NCBI GenBank assembly: GCA_963765835.1
Contig: CAVXYF010000007.1
Span: 9,654-73,653, forward strand
Reading direction: 5' to 3'
DNA: 64,000 bases
Source of the DNA: an uncultured Acidobacteriota bacterium
Lineage (GTDB): Bacteria; Acidobacteriota; Thermoanaerobaculia; UBA5066; Gp7-AA6
A model generated the notes under the pieces. It was not told where the DNA came from. It saw only the letters and a list, made by a program, of their open reading frames with translations, and made no database searches. Each line of letters begins with the position of its first letter. The first letter of the stretch is position 1. Positions 8,749 through 18,536 of the stretch are shown here, in pieces. The translations under genes and the position numbers were made by a program.

Positions 8749-9246
8749 AATACGCCGCCCCGCGGATCCCTTCCGGTCCACCCCTCCACCATCGCTCGCG
8801 AGGCGGAGGAGCTCTCCCGCGCGCTCGAGGATCTCGCCCGCATTTACCAGCTCCAGGACCCGCGGCAGACCTGCTCCTATGGAATCAACATGACGGAGTG
8901 CTACGCGCTCGAGGCGGTCGCGCGCGACGTGCCGCTCACGATCAACGAGATCGCAGCGCGGCTGTCGGTCGACAAGGCGACGGCCAGCCGCGCGGTCCAG
9001 TCCCTCGCCCAGAAGCGTTACGTCCGGAGCCGCGTCCACCCCGACGACTCTCGCGCTCTCCAGGTCCGTGCGACCGCCGCGGGCGAGCGGCTCTACGAGC
9101 GCATCCACGCGGCCGGCCGGGCGCTCCACTTGCGGATCCTCGAAGGATTTCCTCCGGAGGTGCGCCAGGCGGCCACCGCGCTTCTCCGGAAGATCGTCGA
9201 AGCCGAAACCCAGTGCGCGAGCTCCGGGAGCTGCCAGCCATGTTGA
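8740..9246 (+). CDS. MarR-family transcriptional regulator, Cys-containing
   Basis: LTINEIAARLSVDKATASRAVQSL..K.YV.S..HPDDSR winged HTH. Confidence 0.88.
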   Translation: MQLNTPPRGSLPVHPSTIAREAEELSRALEDLARIYQLQDPRQTCSYGINMTECYALEAVARDVPLTINEIAARLSVDKATASRAVQSLAQKRYVRSRVHPDDSRALQVRATAAGERLYERIHAAGRALHLRILEGFPPEVRQAATALLRKIVEAETQCASSGSCQPC

Positions 9247-10202
9247 TCCGCATCCCTCCCCCCTGGTCCCTTCCGGAGCGCGAGGCGACGCCCGAACTGG
9301 TTTTCGACAATCGGCGCGCGTTCATCCGAAAGCTGGGCCTCGTCGCGATCGGAACGGGCGCCGCGGCAATCGCCGGCGGCGCGCCCGCAAAGGCGCCGTC
9401 GAAAGCGCCGCCGAAAAAGAGCGGGGCGCCCATCCCCACGGCCGACCTCTACCCCGCCCGGCGCAACGAGAAGTACTCCCTGACGGAGCCGCTGACGGCC
9501 GAGAAGGTCGCGTCGCGGTCGAACATCTTCGACGAGTTCGGCCAGGACCGCACGCAGATCTGGAAGGTCGCGGAGAACTTCCGCTCCCGGCCGTGGCACA
9601 TCCACGTGGGGGGCGCGGTCACGAAGCCGCTCAAGCTCGACGTGGACGAGCTCACGCGCAAGATGGGCATCGAGGAGCGGCTCTACCGCTTCCGGTGCGT
9701 GGAGGCTTGGGCCATGGCCGTGCCGTGGACGGGGTTCCCGTTCCAGAAGTTCCTGGAGCTCGCGGCGCCGCTCGCGAAGGCGCGTTACGTGCGGATGGTC
9801 ACGGCCGCGCGGCCCGACGAGATGCCCGGGTGGTATCAGACGCGCCGCGTTTTTCCCTACTACGAGGCGCTGTCGCTCGCGGAGGCGTCGAACGAGCTCG
9901 CGTTCCTCGCGACCGGCATCTACGGACACCCGCTTCCGAACCAGCACGGCGCGCCGCTGCGCCTGATCACGCCGTGGAAGTACGGGCTCAAGGGAATCAA
10001 GTCGATCGTGGCGTTCGAGTTCACCGTGGAGAAGCCCGGGACGTTCTGGAACGAGCTCTCGCCCGCGAACTACTCGTTCGAGTCGAACGTCGATCCCACG
10101 AGCCCGAACCAGGGCGAGGAAGTCGTCCTCGGCACCGACGAGGTGCGCAAGACGCTGCCCTACAACGGCTACGGGGAACTCGTCGCGAAGCTCTACGCGT
10201 GA
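9240..10202 (+). CDS. msrP: MsrP/YedY-like molybdoenzyme, divergent active site
   Basis: Tat motif NRRAFIR; EERLYRFRCVEAWAMAVPW.GF and LPNQHGAPLRLITPWKYG.K.IKSIV motifs. Confidence 0.88.
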   Translation: MLIRIPPPWSLPEREATPELVFDNRRAFIRKLGLVAIGTGAAAIAGGAPAKAPSKAPPKKSGAPIPTADLYPARRNEKYSLTEPLTAEKVASRSNIFDEFGQDRTQIWKVAENFRSRPWHIHVGGAVTKPLKLDVDELTRKMGIEERLYRFRCVEAWAMAVPWTGFPFQKFLELAAPLAKARYVRMVTAARPDEMPGWYQTRRVFPYYEALSLAEASNELAFLATGIYGHPLPNQHGAPLRLITPWKYGLKGIKSIVAFEFTVEKPGTFWNELSPANYSFESNVDPTSPNQGEEVVLGTDEVRKTLPYNGYGELVAKLYA

Positions 10203-10774
10203 CGACGCCGTTCGCGGCCGGATTCCTTCTCGTCTCTCTCGTCCCGCCTCCCGCCGACCGCCTCCCCGCGCGCCTCGGCCGCGCGGTCGTCTCGCACCCT
10301 CAGCTCGTGACGTGCGCGGGGAAGCCGACGATCGAGCTCCGGCTGCGCCGCGACGCACCGGAGCTGCGGTCGACGCCGACCGCGAGCGAGCGTTTCGCGC
10401 TCCAGCGCAGCGCGTACCCGATCCGGCCCGGCGCCTTCGTGGGAGTCGCGCGGATTCCGGCGCCATGGACGGACTCGCGCGGCCAGACGGTCCCGGCGGG
10501 CACCTACTCGCTGCGCTACGCGCTGCAGCCGCTGACCAAGGACCACTTCGGAACTACCCCGCATCGGGACTTCCTGCTCCTTCTTCCTCTAGCAAGGGAC
10601 ACGGATCCCGCGCTGCGGCCGGATCCGACCGCTCTCGGGACCGCCAGCCGAGAAGTTTCCGCGACGGGGCATCCCGCGGTCATCGCGCTCCTGCCGGCGG
10701 ACCGCGACGAGCCCACGGCGACCCGCGCTCACGCGGGAGAAGTCGAGATCCTCCTGGCTCTGTGCGGAAGCTAG
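10199..10774 (+). CDS. Hypothetical exported protein
   Basis: GTG start overlaps the msrP stop (GTGA); contains D.RGQTVPAGTYSLRYALQP...DH.G..PHRDFLLL. Confidence 0.65.
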   Translation: MTTPFAAGFLLVSLVPPPADRLPARLGRAVVSHPQLVTCAGKPTIELRLRRDAPELRSTPTASERFALQRSAYPIRPGAFVGVARIPAPWTDSRGQTVPAGTYSLRYALQPLTKDHFGTTPHRDFLLLLPLARDTDPALRPDPTALGTASREVSATGHPAVIALLPADRDEPTATRAHAGEVEILLALCGS

Positions 10775-12237
10775 CTTCGGGGAGCCATCTCCAGCGAGGT
10801 CAACACGTACTCGACGCCACCGACCACCTGGCCGCGCACCGGGATGCCGAGCTCCGGATGGATCCACCAGTCCGACGCCTCGGCACCGCTTTGCCTGGCC
10901 AAATGCGTGGCGCGAAACTCTCCGGCCGGGGTCGTCACGGCCTCCTCCCCCGCCACGCGGTGCGTGACGACGCACGTCGTTCCGAGGGGCGACTCGAACC
11001 CCGACGGAGCGACGTAGCAGACGAGCTGCGAGGTCGCGCCGGACGCGGCCGCGAGACCCATCCACCCCGACGCGGCGATCGCCGGCGCCGAGAACGCGAA
11101 CGCCGGCGGCAGCACCAGGTCCTGCTGGAGGATGCCGGCCTCCTTCCCGCGCAGTCGACCGGTCAAATGGTTACCGTCCACGAAAAACCGCGCGCGCTCG
11201 ACCGCCTCGCCCTGGCGCTTCGTGATCTCCGCGAACTTCAGCTTCCCGGTGGCGTCCGTGCCCTGGAAGACTTCGACGACCAGGTCGCCCGTGTCGATGC
11301 GGCTGCGGACGAGGCGGCCGCCGTCCTCGCGCGCGAAGAGGGCCCAGCGCTCCTCGCCGCGCTTTCCGGAGGCGTCGCGGTAGAGGTAGGTCCCGCGCGC
11401 GAGCTCGGGCCCACGGTCGTAGCGACCGGGATGCTCCGCGGGCGCGCCGGCGAGGATCGCGGCGACGTCCTCCTCCATCGACTTCGCGGCGGGGGTCTCC
11501 GTGATGCGACCGATCTCGACTCCCCCGCTCTCCACGATGACGGTCGGCACGTTGATGACGCGATACCGCGCGATGACGTCCTGCGGGTGCAGGAAGTCGT
11601 TGTCGAGCGCGACGAGCTTGACCGAGATCAGCGGGTTCGCCGCGGCGTGCACGGTCTTCAGCACGCGCGGGACGAAGTCCTTGCTGTCGCCGCACCACGT
11701 CCCGAGGACGACGGTCATCGTCACGGGCCGGCTCTCCTTCGCGAGCGCCGCGACCGAGGCAGGGACCGGCGTGTAGGCGTCCCGGAGCTGCCGCCACACC
11801 GGCACGGCCGCGAAGAGCGCGTCCTCCGTCAGGTCGCCCACCAGGCCCTGGTGCCGCGCGACGAGGACGGTCTTTCCCTTCCACGAGAGGATGGAGGCCG
11901 ACGAGTCGACCTTCTGCAAGGCGCCGCCCGGCTTTGGAGCGACGTCGGCCGCCAGCTCGGCTCCGACGCCATCGGCGGCGAACGAAAATGCCTTCCGCGG
12001 AACGACCGAAAAAGTGGACGCCTCGCGGTCGAGCAGAAAGGCCTTGCGCGCGCCGGGCAGCAGGACCGCCGTTTTCTTCCCGGCGTCCGCGGAGAGAACC
12101 CGCGCCGCGCGGTCGAGGTGTCCATCCACGTAAACGTCCCGCGTGGAGTCGCGCCACGTGGGGTCGGCGGCCAACGCGAGCGAGGAGAGGAGGAGCGTTG
12201 CGAGGAGCGTGAGTGCCGTTCGGCGGAGCGGACGCAT
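10771..12237 (-). CDS. Exported multidomain protein with a thioredoxin-like (WCGDS) domain
   Basis: Signal peptide; VVLGTWCGDS...VINVPTVIV...EIGRI.E.P thioredoxin-fold motifs. Confidence 0.75.
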   Translation of the reverse strand: MRPLRRTALTLLATLLLSSLALAADPTWRDSTRDVYVDGHLDRAARVLSADAGKKTAVLLPGARKAFLLDREASTFSVVPRKAFSFAADGVGAELAADVAPKPGGALQKVDSSASILSWKGKTVLVARHQGLVGDLTEDALFAAVPVWRQLRDAYTPVPASVAALAKESRPVTMTVVLGTWCGDSKDFVPRVLKTVHAAANPLISVKLVALDNDFLHPQDVIARYRVINVPTVIVESGGVEIGRITETPAAKSMEEDVAAILAGAPAEHPGRYDRGPELARGTYLYRDASGKRGEERWALFAREDGGRLVRSRIDTGDLVVEVFQGTDATGKLKFAEITKRQGEAVERARFFVDGNHLTGRLRGKEAGILQQDLVLPPAFAFSAPAIAASGWMGLAAASGATSQLVCYVAPSGFESPLGTTCVVTHRVAGEEAVTTPAGEFRATHLARQSGAEASDWWIHPELGIPVRGQVVGGVEYVLTSLEMAPRS

Positions 12238-12352
12238 GTGCCTCCCTGTCGTTTTGCGCTTCAACAGGGGACAGCCGGCGGGTTATGCCGGGTTTTCCGG
12301 CGCGGGATAGGATCAACCGAAATCCCGGTCCGAAAACAAAGAAGGAGGCGTC

Positions 12353-12790
12353 ATGAAGAGATTCACCCGGATCATTCCTCTGGTTCTCATCGGGCTCGTC
12401 GCGGCTTGGACGCTGACGGCGGGCGGCGGAGACAAGGCCGCGAAGGTGTGGGCGGCCGGCGACATTCCGTGGACGGAAAACCCCGCGATGCCGGGCATGT
12501 CGATCGCGCCGCTGTGGGGCGACCCGAGCAAGGGGGCGTACGGAGCCTTGAAGAAGGTCGCGGGTGGAACCGCCCTGGGCTGGCATACCCACACGAGCGC
12601 CCAGAAGGTGGTGGCGATTTCCGGAACGATCGAGTTCACCCTCGACGGTGGAGAGATGAAAGAGCTCACCGCCGGCTCCTACGTGTACCTTCCGGCGAAG
12701 GCGAAGCACCACACCGTCTGCAAGGCGGGCGCGGACTGCGTTTTCTTCGAGGAGCAGCCCGGCAAGACCGACCTCATCCCGGCGAAGTAG
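12353..12790 (+). CDS. Exported cupin-domain protein (DUF4437-like)
   Basis: LWGDPSKG, HTH and GSYVYLPAKAKHHTVC motifs; AAGGAGG RBS. Confidence 0.8.
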   Translation: MKRFTRIIPLVLIGLVAAWTLTAGGGDKAAKVWAAGDIPWTENPAMPGMSIAPLWGDPSKGAYGALKKVAGGTALGWHTHTSAQKVVAISGTIEFTLDGGEMKELTAGSYVYLPAKAKHHTVCKAGADCVFFEEQPGKTDLIPAK

Positions 12791-12803
12791 GAAGCCCCTC
12801 ACC

Positions 12804-12834
12804 AAAACCTCTCCCCGCCCGGGGAGAGGTTTTT
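12804..12834. terminator. Bidirectional-type intrinsic terminator
   Basis: AAAACCTCTCCCC-GCCC-GGGGAGAGGTTTTT between convergent genes. Confidence 0.8.
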
Positions 12835-12843
12835 CCAAGTCGG

Positions 12844-13062
12844 CGATTCAGGCCTGACCCCAATTCAGCTTGTACGCTCGTCCAGGGAGAGATCCCTCGC
12901 TACGTTCCTCGTGAGGGGTCAATCGTGTATTCCTGTACTCCGCACGTCGTTGTCCTGCCCTCCGCCTACGCAACGGGGGTACTTCTTTCCGACGATCGGA
13001 ACAAGTGCCTTCGGGAGAGTGCGTTAGCGCGAAAGTGGTAAGTGGAGACCTGACCCCCGTTT
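12844..13062. repeat. Composite cluster of TGACCCC-family and REP fragments, including 27-mer copy 2
   Basis: GATTCAGGCCTGACCCC, GAGATCCCTCGCT, GGGGTCAATCGTGTATTCCTGTA and the 27-mer all recur elsewhere in the window. Confidence 0.75.
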
Positions 13063-13063
13063 C

Positions 13064-15022
13064 TCAGCGTCTGCCTTCCAGGCGCGACATCACTTTCATC
13101 AGGTCTTCGTGCGCGCCCACCAGGAACAGGGTGTCGCCGGACTCGAGGGGCTCGTCGGTCGGCGCCGGGGAGTACGGAACGCCGCGGCGGATCATCGCGG
13201 GTACGGCGACGTGGTCCTCCGCGACGCCGAGATCCGTGAGCGTCTTCCCGTTCGCGGGCGTCCCGGGCAGCACGAAGAACGTCAGCGACGTCCCGGCCTC
13301 GAGCGTCGCGGAGAGCCGCCGCCCCTCGGCCGAGCGCATCGCGGGGTCCCGCAGCAGCTGGTAGGCCTCGTCGCGCAGGATCCGGATCTGCGACGCGAGG
13401 ACGTTGCCCGGCACACCGAGGAGGCTCATCAGCCGCGACACGATCTCGACCGAGGTCTCGAACTCCTCCGGGATGACCTCGTCGGCGCCGAGCCTCTTGA
13501 GCGGTTCGACCTGCGACACGTACCGCGTGCGGACGATGATGTGGACCTTGGGGTTCTCCTGCCGGCATAGCCGCACGATCCGCCGCGTCCCGTCGGCGTC
13601 GGAGATCGCCACCACGACGGCCAGGGCCTGCTTGATGGACGCGGCCTCCAGCCCCTCGGGCGCCGCGGCGTCCGCCACGATGGCGAGGCTCCCGTTCTGG
13701 CGCGCGACGAGGGCGCGGTCCGGGTCCTCCTCGACGACGATGTGCGGGACCTTCGTCTCGGAGAGCACGTGCGCGACGTTCAACCCGTTCAGGCCGTACC
13801 CGATGATCACGATGTGGTTGACGAGCTCGCGCTTCTTTTCCTCGTCCGGCTCCGGCTTGCTCTTCAGCCGCGCCGCGAGCTTCAGCCCGGACGCCACGAA
13901 GATCGGCGTGGTTCCCAGGGTGATTACCGCGACCGCGATGAAGAGCTGCTGGTCCTCCGGCTGGAGCACGGAGAACTTTTTCGCTTCCTGCGCGAGCAGG
14001 AACGAGAACTCGCCGATCGGCGCGATCGCGAACGCCGCGCGGAGCGACGTCCGCGGCAGCGCCCCTCCCGCGCGGAACGCGGGGTAGGCCGCGATGACCT
14101 TGATGAGGACGACCGCGGCGACGGTCGCGAGCACGAGCGGCAGCGCAGAGAAGAGAAACGCGGGGTCGAGCAGCATGCCGATCGAGGCGAAGAAGAGCGC
14201 CGAGAGAAAGTCGCGGAAGGGCCGGAGGCTGCCGCCGATCTCGTGAATGAACTCGGTGTCGCCGACGACGACGCCCGCGGCGAAGGCGCCGAGCGCCGCG
14301 GAGATCCCGAGACGGGTCGCGGCCGCGATCGTGAGAACGATCAGCACGATCACCCCGGCCGTGAACACCTCGCGGCTGCCGAGCGCCGCGATCCTCCGGA
14401 AGATGCGCGGAACGATGACGCGCGCCACGAGGATCAGGGCGAGGACGCCGATCACCGCGATCGCGACCTTGAGCAGCACCTGGGGAATGGGCGGCGCCTC
14501 GCCGCCCGACGCGAACGCCGGGACCAGGAGCATGAGCGGGATCACCGCGAGGTCCTGGAACAGCGAGACGCCCAGGAACCGCCGGGCGAAGGGCGCGCCC
14601 ATCTCGTCGCGCGTTGAGAGGATCGGCAGCACCACGGCGGTCGAGCCGAGCGCGATCAGCAGCCCATAGAAGATGGTCCGCCGGACCTCGGCGCCGAAGG
14701 GCATTCCGACGAGAACGACGAGCAGCACCGTCAGCGCCATCTGAAGGGACCCCGAAACCAGGGTCGTCTTGCCGAGGTTGCGGAGCTTCTCGAACGGAAG
14801 GTGCAGGCCGACGAAGAACAGGATCAAGGCGACGCCCAGCTCCGCGATCTGCTCGACCTGGTGCGCGTCGTGGATCCACCCCAGCGCGTACGGCCCGATC
14901 ACGATGCCGGTGATGAGGTACGCGATGACTTCCGGCACCTTGAACTTCTTTCCCAGGAAGAGCAGCGGGAAAGCCGAGGCGAGGATGATCGCGATCGCTG
15001 CGAGGAGGCTCTGCTCTCTCAT
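13064..15022 (-). CDS. CPA2-family cation:proton antiporter (Kef-like) with TrkA-N and TrkA-C domains
   Basis: Multiple TM helices, LFQDLAV, LGAFAAG, and IIGYGLNG Rossmann motif. Confidence 0.9.
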   Translation of the reverse strand: MREQSLLAAIAIILASAFPLLFLGKKFKVPEVIAYLITGIVIGPYALGWIHDAHQVEQIAELGVALILFFVGLHLPFEKLRNLGKTTLVSGSLQMALTVLLVVLVGMPFGAEVRRTIFYGLLIALGSTAVVLPILSTRDEMGAPFARRFLGVSLFQDLAVIPLMLLVPAFASGGEAPPIPQVLLKVAIAVIGVLALILVARVIVPRIFRRIAALGSREVFTAGVIVLIVLTIAAATRLGISAALGAFAAGVVVGDTEFIHEIGGSLRPFRDFLSALFFASIGMLLDPAFLFSALPLVLATVAAVVLIKVIAAYPAFRAGGALPRTSLRAAFAIAPIGEFSFLLAQEAKKFSVLQPEDQQLFIAVAVITLGTTPIFVASGLKLAARLKSKPEPDEEKKRELVNHIVIIGYGLNGLNVAHVLSETKVPHIVVEEDPDRALVARQNGSLAIVADAAAPEGLEAASIKQALAVVVAISDADGTRRIVRLCRQENPKVHIIVRTRYVSQVEPLKRLGADEVIPEEFETSVEIVSRLMSLLGVPGNVLASQIRILRDEAYQLLRDPAMRSAEGRRLSATLEAGTSLTFFVLPGTPANGKTLTDLGVAEDHVAVPAMIRRGVPYSPAPTDEPLESGDTLFLVGAHEDLMKVMSRLEGRR

Positions 15023-15960
15023 GGAGTCACTCTCTCCACGCTGGCCACTTCGGGCGCCAGCGCTCCGCGCGCCGCGGGGTCAGCGGCGGCCGCACCCCGC
15101 TGGACGAGGAAGACGCCAGCCAGAACGATCAGGCCGCCGAGAACAGTCGTCGCGTGCACGGTCTCCCCCAGCAGGGCGACCGCCGTCGCGAGGGTCACGA
15201 TCGGCTCGACGTACAGGTATGCGGCCACGCGCGCGGTGTCCAGCCGCTCGAGCGCCGAGTACCAGAGCAGATAGCCCAGTCCCGAGCAGCCGATTCCGAG
15301 GAAGATGACCGCGCCCCAGCCCGTGACGGAGAGCCGCCCCCAGTCGGTCCAGCCCGAGCGCCGCAGGAAGATCGGAACGACCAGCAGCCACCCGGCGAGC
15401 ATCGCGAACGCCGTGGCCCGCGCGCTCCCTAGCCGCGCGAGCGTGCGCCTCCCCACGATGCTGTAGACCGCCCAGTTGACGGTGCTCACGAGGATGAGGA
15501 GGTCGCCGCGCGTTGCCGGAAGCCCGAGGACATCGCGAGTGAGCCGGCCGCGGGTGATGACGAGCAGCGCTCCGGCGAACCCGAGTACCAAGCCGGCGAC
15601 CTTTCCGAGGCCGAGCCTCTCCCGCAGGACGATGACGGCGAGCAGCGCCGACCAGATCGGGGTCAAGCCGATCAGCCAGCCGGCGTGGACCGCGGTCGTC
15701 AGCGTGAGCCCGTACGCCTGCAACATCTGGTGGAGGAAGACCCCCAGGAATCCCATGACGAGGAGCGCGGGCCACGCCTCCCGCGGCGGAAGAGTCAGCC
15801 GGCGGCGCACGGCGAGCAGGGCCAGCAGCAGCGCCGTCCCGAGCGCGAAGCGAGTGAAGACGAGCGTGACCGGCGGGATCTCCGAGAGCGCCGCGCGCGT
15901 CGCGACGAAGGAGATCCCCCAGAGGACGACCGCGGCGAGCGCGGCCAGGCGCGGCGACAT
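15019..15960 (-). CDS. DMT/EamA family transporter
   Basis: LWGISFVA..., two EamA repeats. Confidence 0.9.
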   Translation of the reverse strand: MSPRLAALAAVVLWGISFVATRAALSEIPPVTLVFTRFALGTALLLALLAVRRRLTLPPREAWPALLVMGFLGVFLHQMLQAYGLTLTTAVHAGWLIGLTPIWSALLAVIVLRERLGLGKVAGLVLGFAGALLVITRGRLTRDVLGLPATRGDLLILVSTVNWAVYSIVGRRTLARLGSARATAFAMLAGWLLVVPIFLRRSGWTDWGRLSVTGWGAVIFLGIGCSGLGYLLWYSALERLDTARVAAYLYVEPIVTLATAVALLGETVHATTVLGGLIVLAGVFLVQRGAAAADPAARGALAPEVASVERVTP

Positions 15961-16063
15961 GATCTTCACCTTTTTTCCAGGCAAGCCGGAGCGACCCGGA
16001 TTCTAAACTCGGATCCGCGGAGGTTCAGCCCGAGAATTGCAGCGCAGCGAAGGGGATGCGGCA

Positions 16064-16942
16064 ATGAGCGGAAAGCCGGGCGGCGCAAGGACGGTCGGGA
16101 AGCGGATCACGCAGAGCCTCGCCACCGTCCTCACGATGGCCTTTCCGTTTCTCGTCATCGTGCTCCTGCCGGTCGGAAAGGTGGTCGAGAAGCTCGACCT
16201 GATCCTCGACCGGCTCGGACCCTTCGCCATCCCCATCTTCATGGCCGTGTACATCCTCGACGCGGTCGTGTTGGGCCCGGCTTGGCTCTTCGCGCTCGCC
16301 GCGGGCCTCGCGTTCGGTCTCGTCCGCGGGGGGTTGATCGTCTGGGCCTCCGCGACGATCGCGGCCGGCGCGGCCTTCCTGATCGCGCGATACCTGGCGC
16401 GACACCGGGTCGAGGCGCTCGCGCGAAAGAACGACAAGTTCGAGGCGGTCGACCGTGCGATCGCGAAGAGCGGGTGGAAGGTCGTCCTGATGCTGCGGAT
16501 CTCGCCCATTCTGCCGTACACCATCGCGAACTACCTCTACGGCTTGACGGCGATCCGCTTCTGGCCCTACCTGATCGCGACGGCGGTCGGGATCGTTCCG
16601 ATGGTCGCGGTCTACGTCTCGATCGGTGCCGCGGGGCGGGAGGCCGTGCTCGCGAAGGCCGGCGGGCACCAGTCCATAGCCGAGTGGATCGTCCTCGGCG
16701 TGGGGCTGGCCCTGACCGTCGGTGCGGGCTACTTGATCGCGCGCGGCGCGAAACGCGAGCTGGCAGCAATGAGGTCAGTCGCGGGGACAGGCCTAGGAAA
16801 GTCGCGGGGACAGGTCCCGAAGGGGCCTGCACCCGACACCGAACCTGTCTGCACCCGCAGCAGTCCAGAGACCTCGCAGGCCGCCGGAATCACCGAACGC
16901 AGCGATTCAGCGTTGACCCCGGGGTCAGACCTGAATCGCTGA
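16064..16942 (+). CDS. TVP38/TMEM64 (VTT/DedA) membrane protein with a repeat-derived C-terminal tail
   Basis: LRISPILPYTIANYLYGLT motif; the last ~55 codons run through palindromic repeats. Confidence 0.85.
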   Translation: MSGKPGGARTVGKRITQSLATVLTMAFPFLVIVLLPVGKVVEKLDLILDRLGPFAIPIFMAVYILDAVVLGPAWLFALAAGLAFGLVRGGLIVWASATIAAGAAFLIARYLARHRVEALARKNDKFEAVDRAIAKSGWKVVLMLRISPILPYTIANYLYGLTAIRFWPYLIATAVGIVPMVAVYVSIGAAGREAVLAKAGGHQSIAEWIVLGVGLALTVGAGYLIARGAKRELAAMRSVAGTGLGKSRGQVPKGPAPDTEPVCTRSSPETSQAAGITERSDSALTPGSDLNR

Positions 16943-16968
16943 ATTCAGTGATTCAGCGTTGACCCCGG
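16778..16968. repeat. GGGGACAG hairpin repeats followed by GATTCAGCGTTGACCCC repeats
   Basis: GTCGCGGGGACAGGTCCCGAAGGGGCCTGCACCCG also occurs at 17681, 34216 (inverted), 50779, 50830 and about 53620; the second family also at 36705-36775. Confidence 0.85.
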
Positions 16969-16990
16969 GAGCGTTCCCGGTATCCGCGAT

Positions 16991-17455
16991 TCAGGCGGCG
17001 CGGGCGTGTTCGTCGGCGCCGGACCCGTACGCGTTTTCCCCGATCCGGATCGAGCGGCCGGCCATCGCGTCCACCGAATACGCACCGGGACCCGTCGCGA
17101 ACAGCGCGACCATGACGCCGAAGTAGACGAGCGGCAGCTCGAAGCTGTCGCCCTTCCCCACGAACGGATGGTTCTGCGGGAAGTGGACCAGCACGAGCGC
17201 GAAGGCCATGTTGATCGCGAGCGCAGCGGCCGCGACCGGCGTCAGGAACCCCAGGATCAGCGCGATTCCGCCTCCGAACTCGGCCAGCGCCGAGGCGAGC
17301 TGGAGAATCGGGCTGACCTTGTCGCCCATCCAGTTCATGGGGTTCTGAATCTTGGGCCAGCCGTGGACGATGAAGGCGGCCCCTGCCACGAGACGCAGCG
17401 CGAGCAACCCCAGACTCTGCCACGGCGCCCAAGCCTGCCGAGTGAAAAGGTGCAT
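16991..17455 (-). CDS. DoxX family membrane protein
   Basis: LALRLVAG..FIVHGWPKI, AEFGGG..LILGFLT and GPGAYSVD motifs; AGGAGG RBS. Confidence 0.92.
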   Translation of the reverse strand: MHLFTRQAWAPWQSLGLLALRLVAGAAFIVHGWPKIQNPMNWMGDKVSPILQLASALAEFGGGIALILGFLTPVAAAALAINMAFALVLVHFPQNHPFVGKGDSFELPLVYFGVMVALFATGPGAYSVDAMAGRSIRIGENAYGSGADEHARAA

Positions 17456-17480
17456 ACGACCTCCTGTCGGGTAGCTGTTC

Positions 17481-17496
17481 CGCAAGGTCGGTGCCA
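17481..17496 (-). promoter_or_regulatory. Putative sigma54 promoter for doxX
   Basis: Minus strand TGGCACCGACCTTGCG (GG-N10-GC), 25 nt upstream of the ATG. Confidence 0.65.
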
Positions 17497-17572
17497 TGCG
17501 GAATTCGGCAATCGGGCCGGGCGTTTTCTCGCTTAGAGTTCCTTAAAGCGTCGCCGACGGCGGAGAAACAAC

Positions 17573-17962
17573 ATGCCTGTGGGACCGGTTCTCTTCGTCC
17601 TCCTCTTTACGGCCGCCGCTCTCGCCGGGCCGCACGGACCGCGCCTCGTCGGGGGCCGGAGATCCGTCCCCCCCAGGGCAGTCGCGGGGACAGATCCCGA
17701 TGGGGTCTGCACCCGCAGCAGTCCAACCGAAACGCGGGCCGCCGCGCCCGATGCGTTCACGACGACGGTTCGTCCCATCCTCGCGACCCGCTGCGCCCCG
17801 TGCCACAACCCGGGCGGGCAGATGTACGGGCGCATGCCGTTCGACGACCCGAAGGTCGTCTCGTCCCACTCGCAGGGCATTCTGCGCCGGATGAAGGGCG
17901 ACGACCGCGAGGCGATGGTCCGCTGGCTTTCCGGCCTTGCGCCCTCCGACGGCGCGAGATAG
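17573..17962 (+). CDS. Small exported monoheme c-type cytochrome-like protein with an in-frame repeat insertion
   Basis: Signal peptide; VRPILATRCAPCH motif. Confidence 0.65.
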   Translation: MPVGPVLFVLLFTAAALAGPHGPRLVGGRRSVPPRAVAGTDPDGVCTRSSPTETRAAAPDAFTTTVRPILATRCAPCHNPGGQMYGRMPFDDPKVVSSHSQGILRRMKGDDREAMVRWLSGLAPSDGAR

Positions 17963-17987
17963 ACAGTCGACAGAACGGAGGAACCTC

Positions 17988-18527
17988 ATGCGTGGAATGA
18001 CTCTGTCTTCCCTCCTGGTCTCTCTCGCACTCTCGACGCTTTCCTTGCAGGCCGAGCCTCCGAAGGCGGATCCGGCGCACGCCGCGCTCGACAAGATCGG
18101 AAAGGACTTCACCGACGCGTTCAACCGGAAGGATTTTTCGGCCGTCGCCCGGATGTACGCGGAGGACGCCATCGCCTTCCCGCCCGACGGCGACTTCGTG
18201 CGGGGCCGCGCGGCCATCGAGGCGCTCTGGAAGGGGGCCAGCGACGCCGGGATGAAGTCGCTGGAGTTCACGGTCGTCGACGTCGTGTCGAGCGGAAACC
18301 TCGCCGCGGAGACCGGGACGGCGCTCGTCAAGATGCAGCCGTCCGGGCAGCCCGAGACGACCGAAACGGTCAAGTACCTCGTCGTGTGGAAGAAGGGGCC
18401 GGGGGGCTGGCAGCTCTACCGGGACATCTGGAACTCGATGGCGGCCGCGGGAGCAATGAAGACGATGCCCGCGACGGCGATGACTCCGCCTCCGACGACT
18501 CCGACGCCGGGGGCGCATCACCACTAG
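17988..18527 (+). CDS. Exported NTF2-like protein (DUF4440/YybH)
   Basis: AFNRKD..AVARMYAEDA..FPP...VRGRAAI and KYLVVWKK...WQLYRDIWNS. Confidence 0.88.
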   Translation: MRGMTLSSLLVSLALSTLSLQAEPPKADPAHAALDKIGKDFTDAFNRKDFSAVARMYAEDAIAFPPDGDFVRGRAAIEALWKGASDAGMKSLEFTVVDVVSSGNLAAETGTALVKMQPSGQPETTETVKYLVVWKKGPGGWQLYRDIWNSMAAAGAMKTMPATAMTPPPTTPTPGAHHH

Positions 18528-18536
18528 AGTGAGGCG

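Noticed and set aside
10312-13041. 909-aa plus-strand ORF and similar Arg/Gly/Pro-rich ORFs throughout the window
   Set aside because: They overlap well-supported genes in other frames and have off-frame composition.
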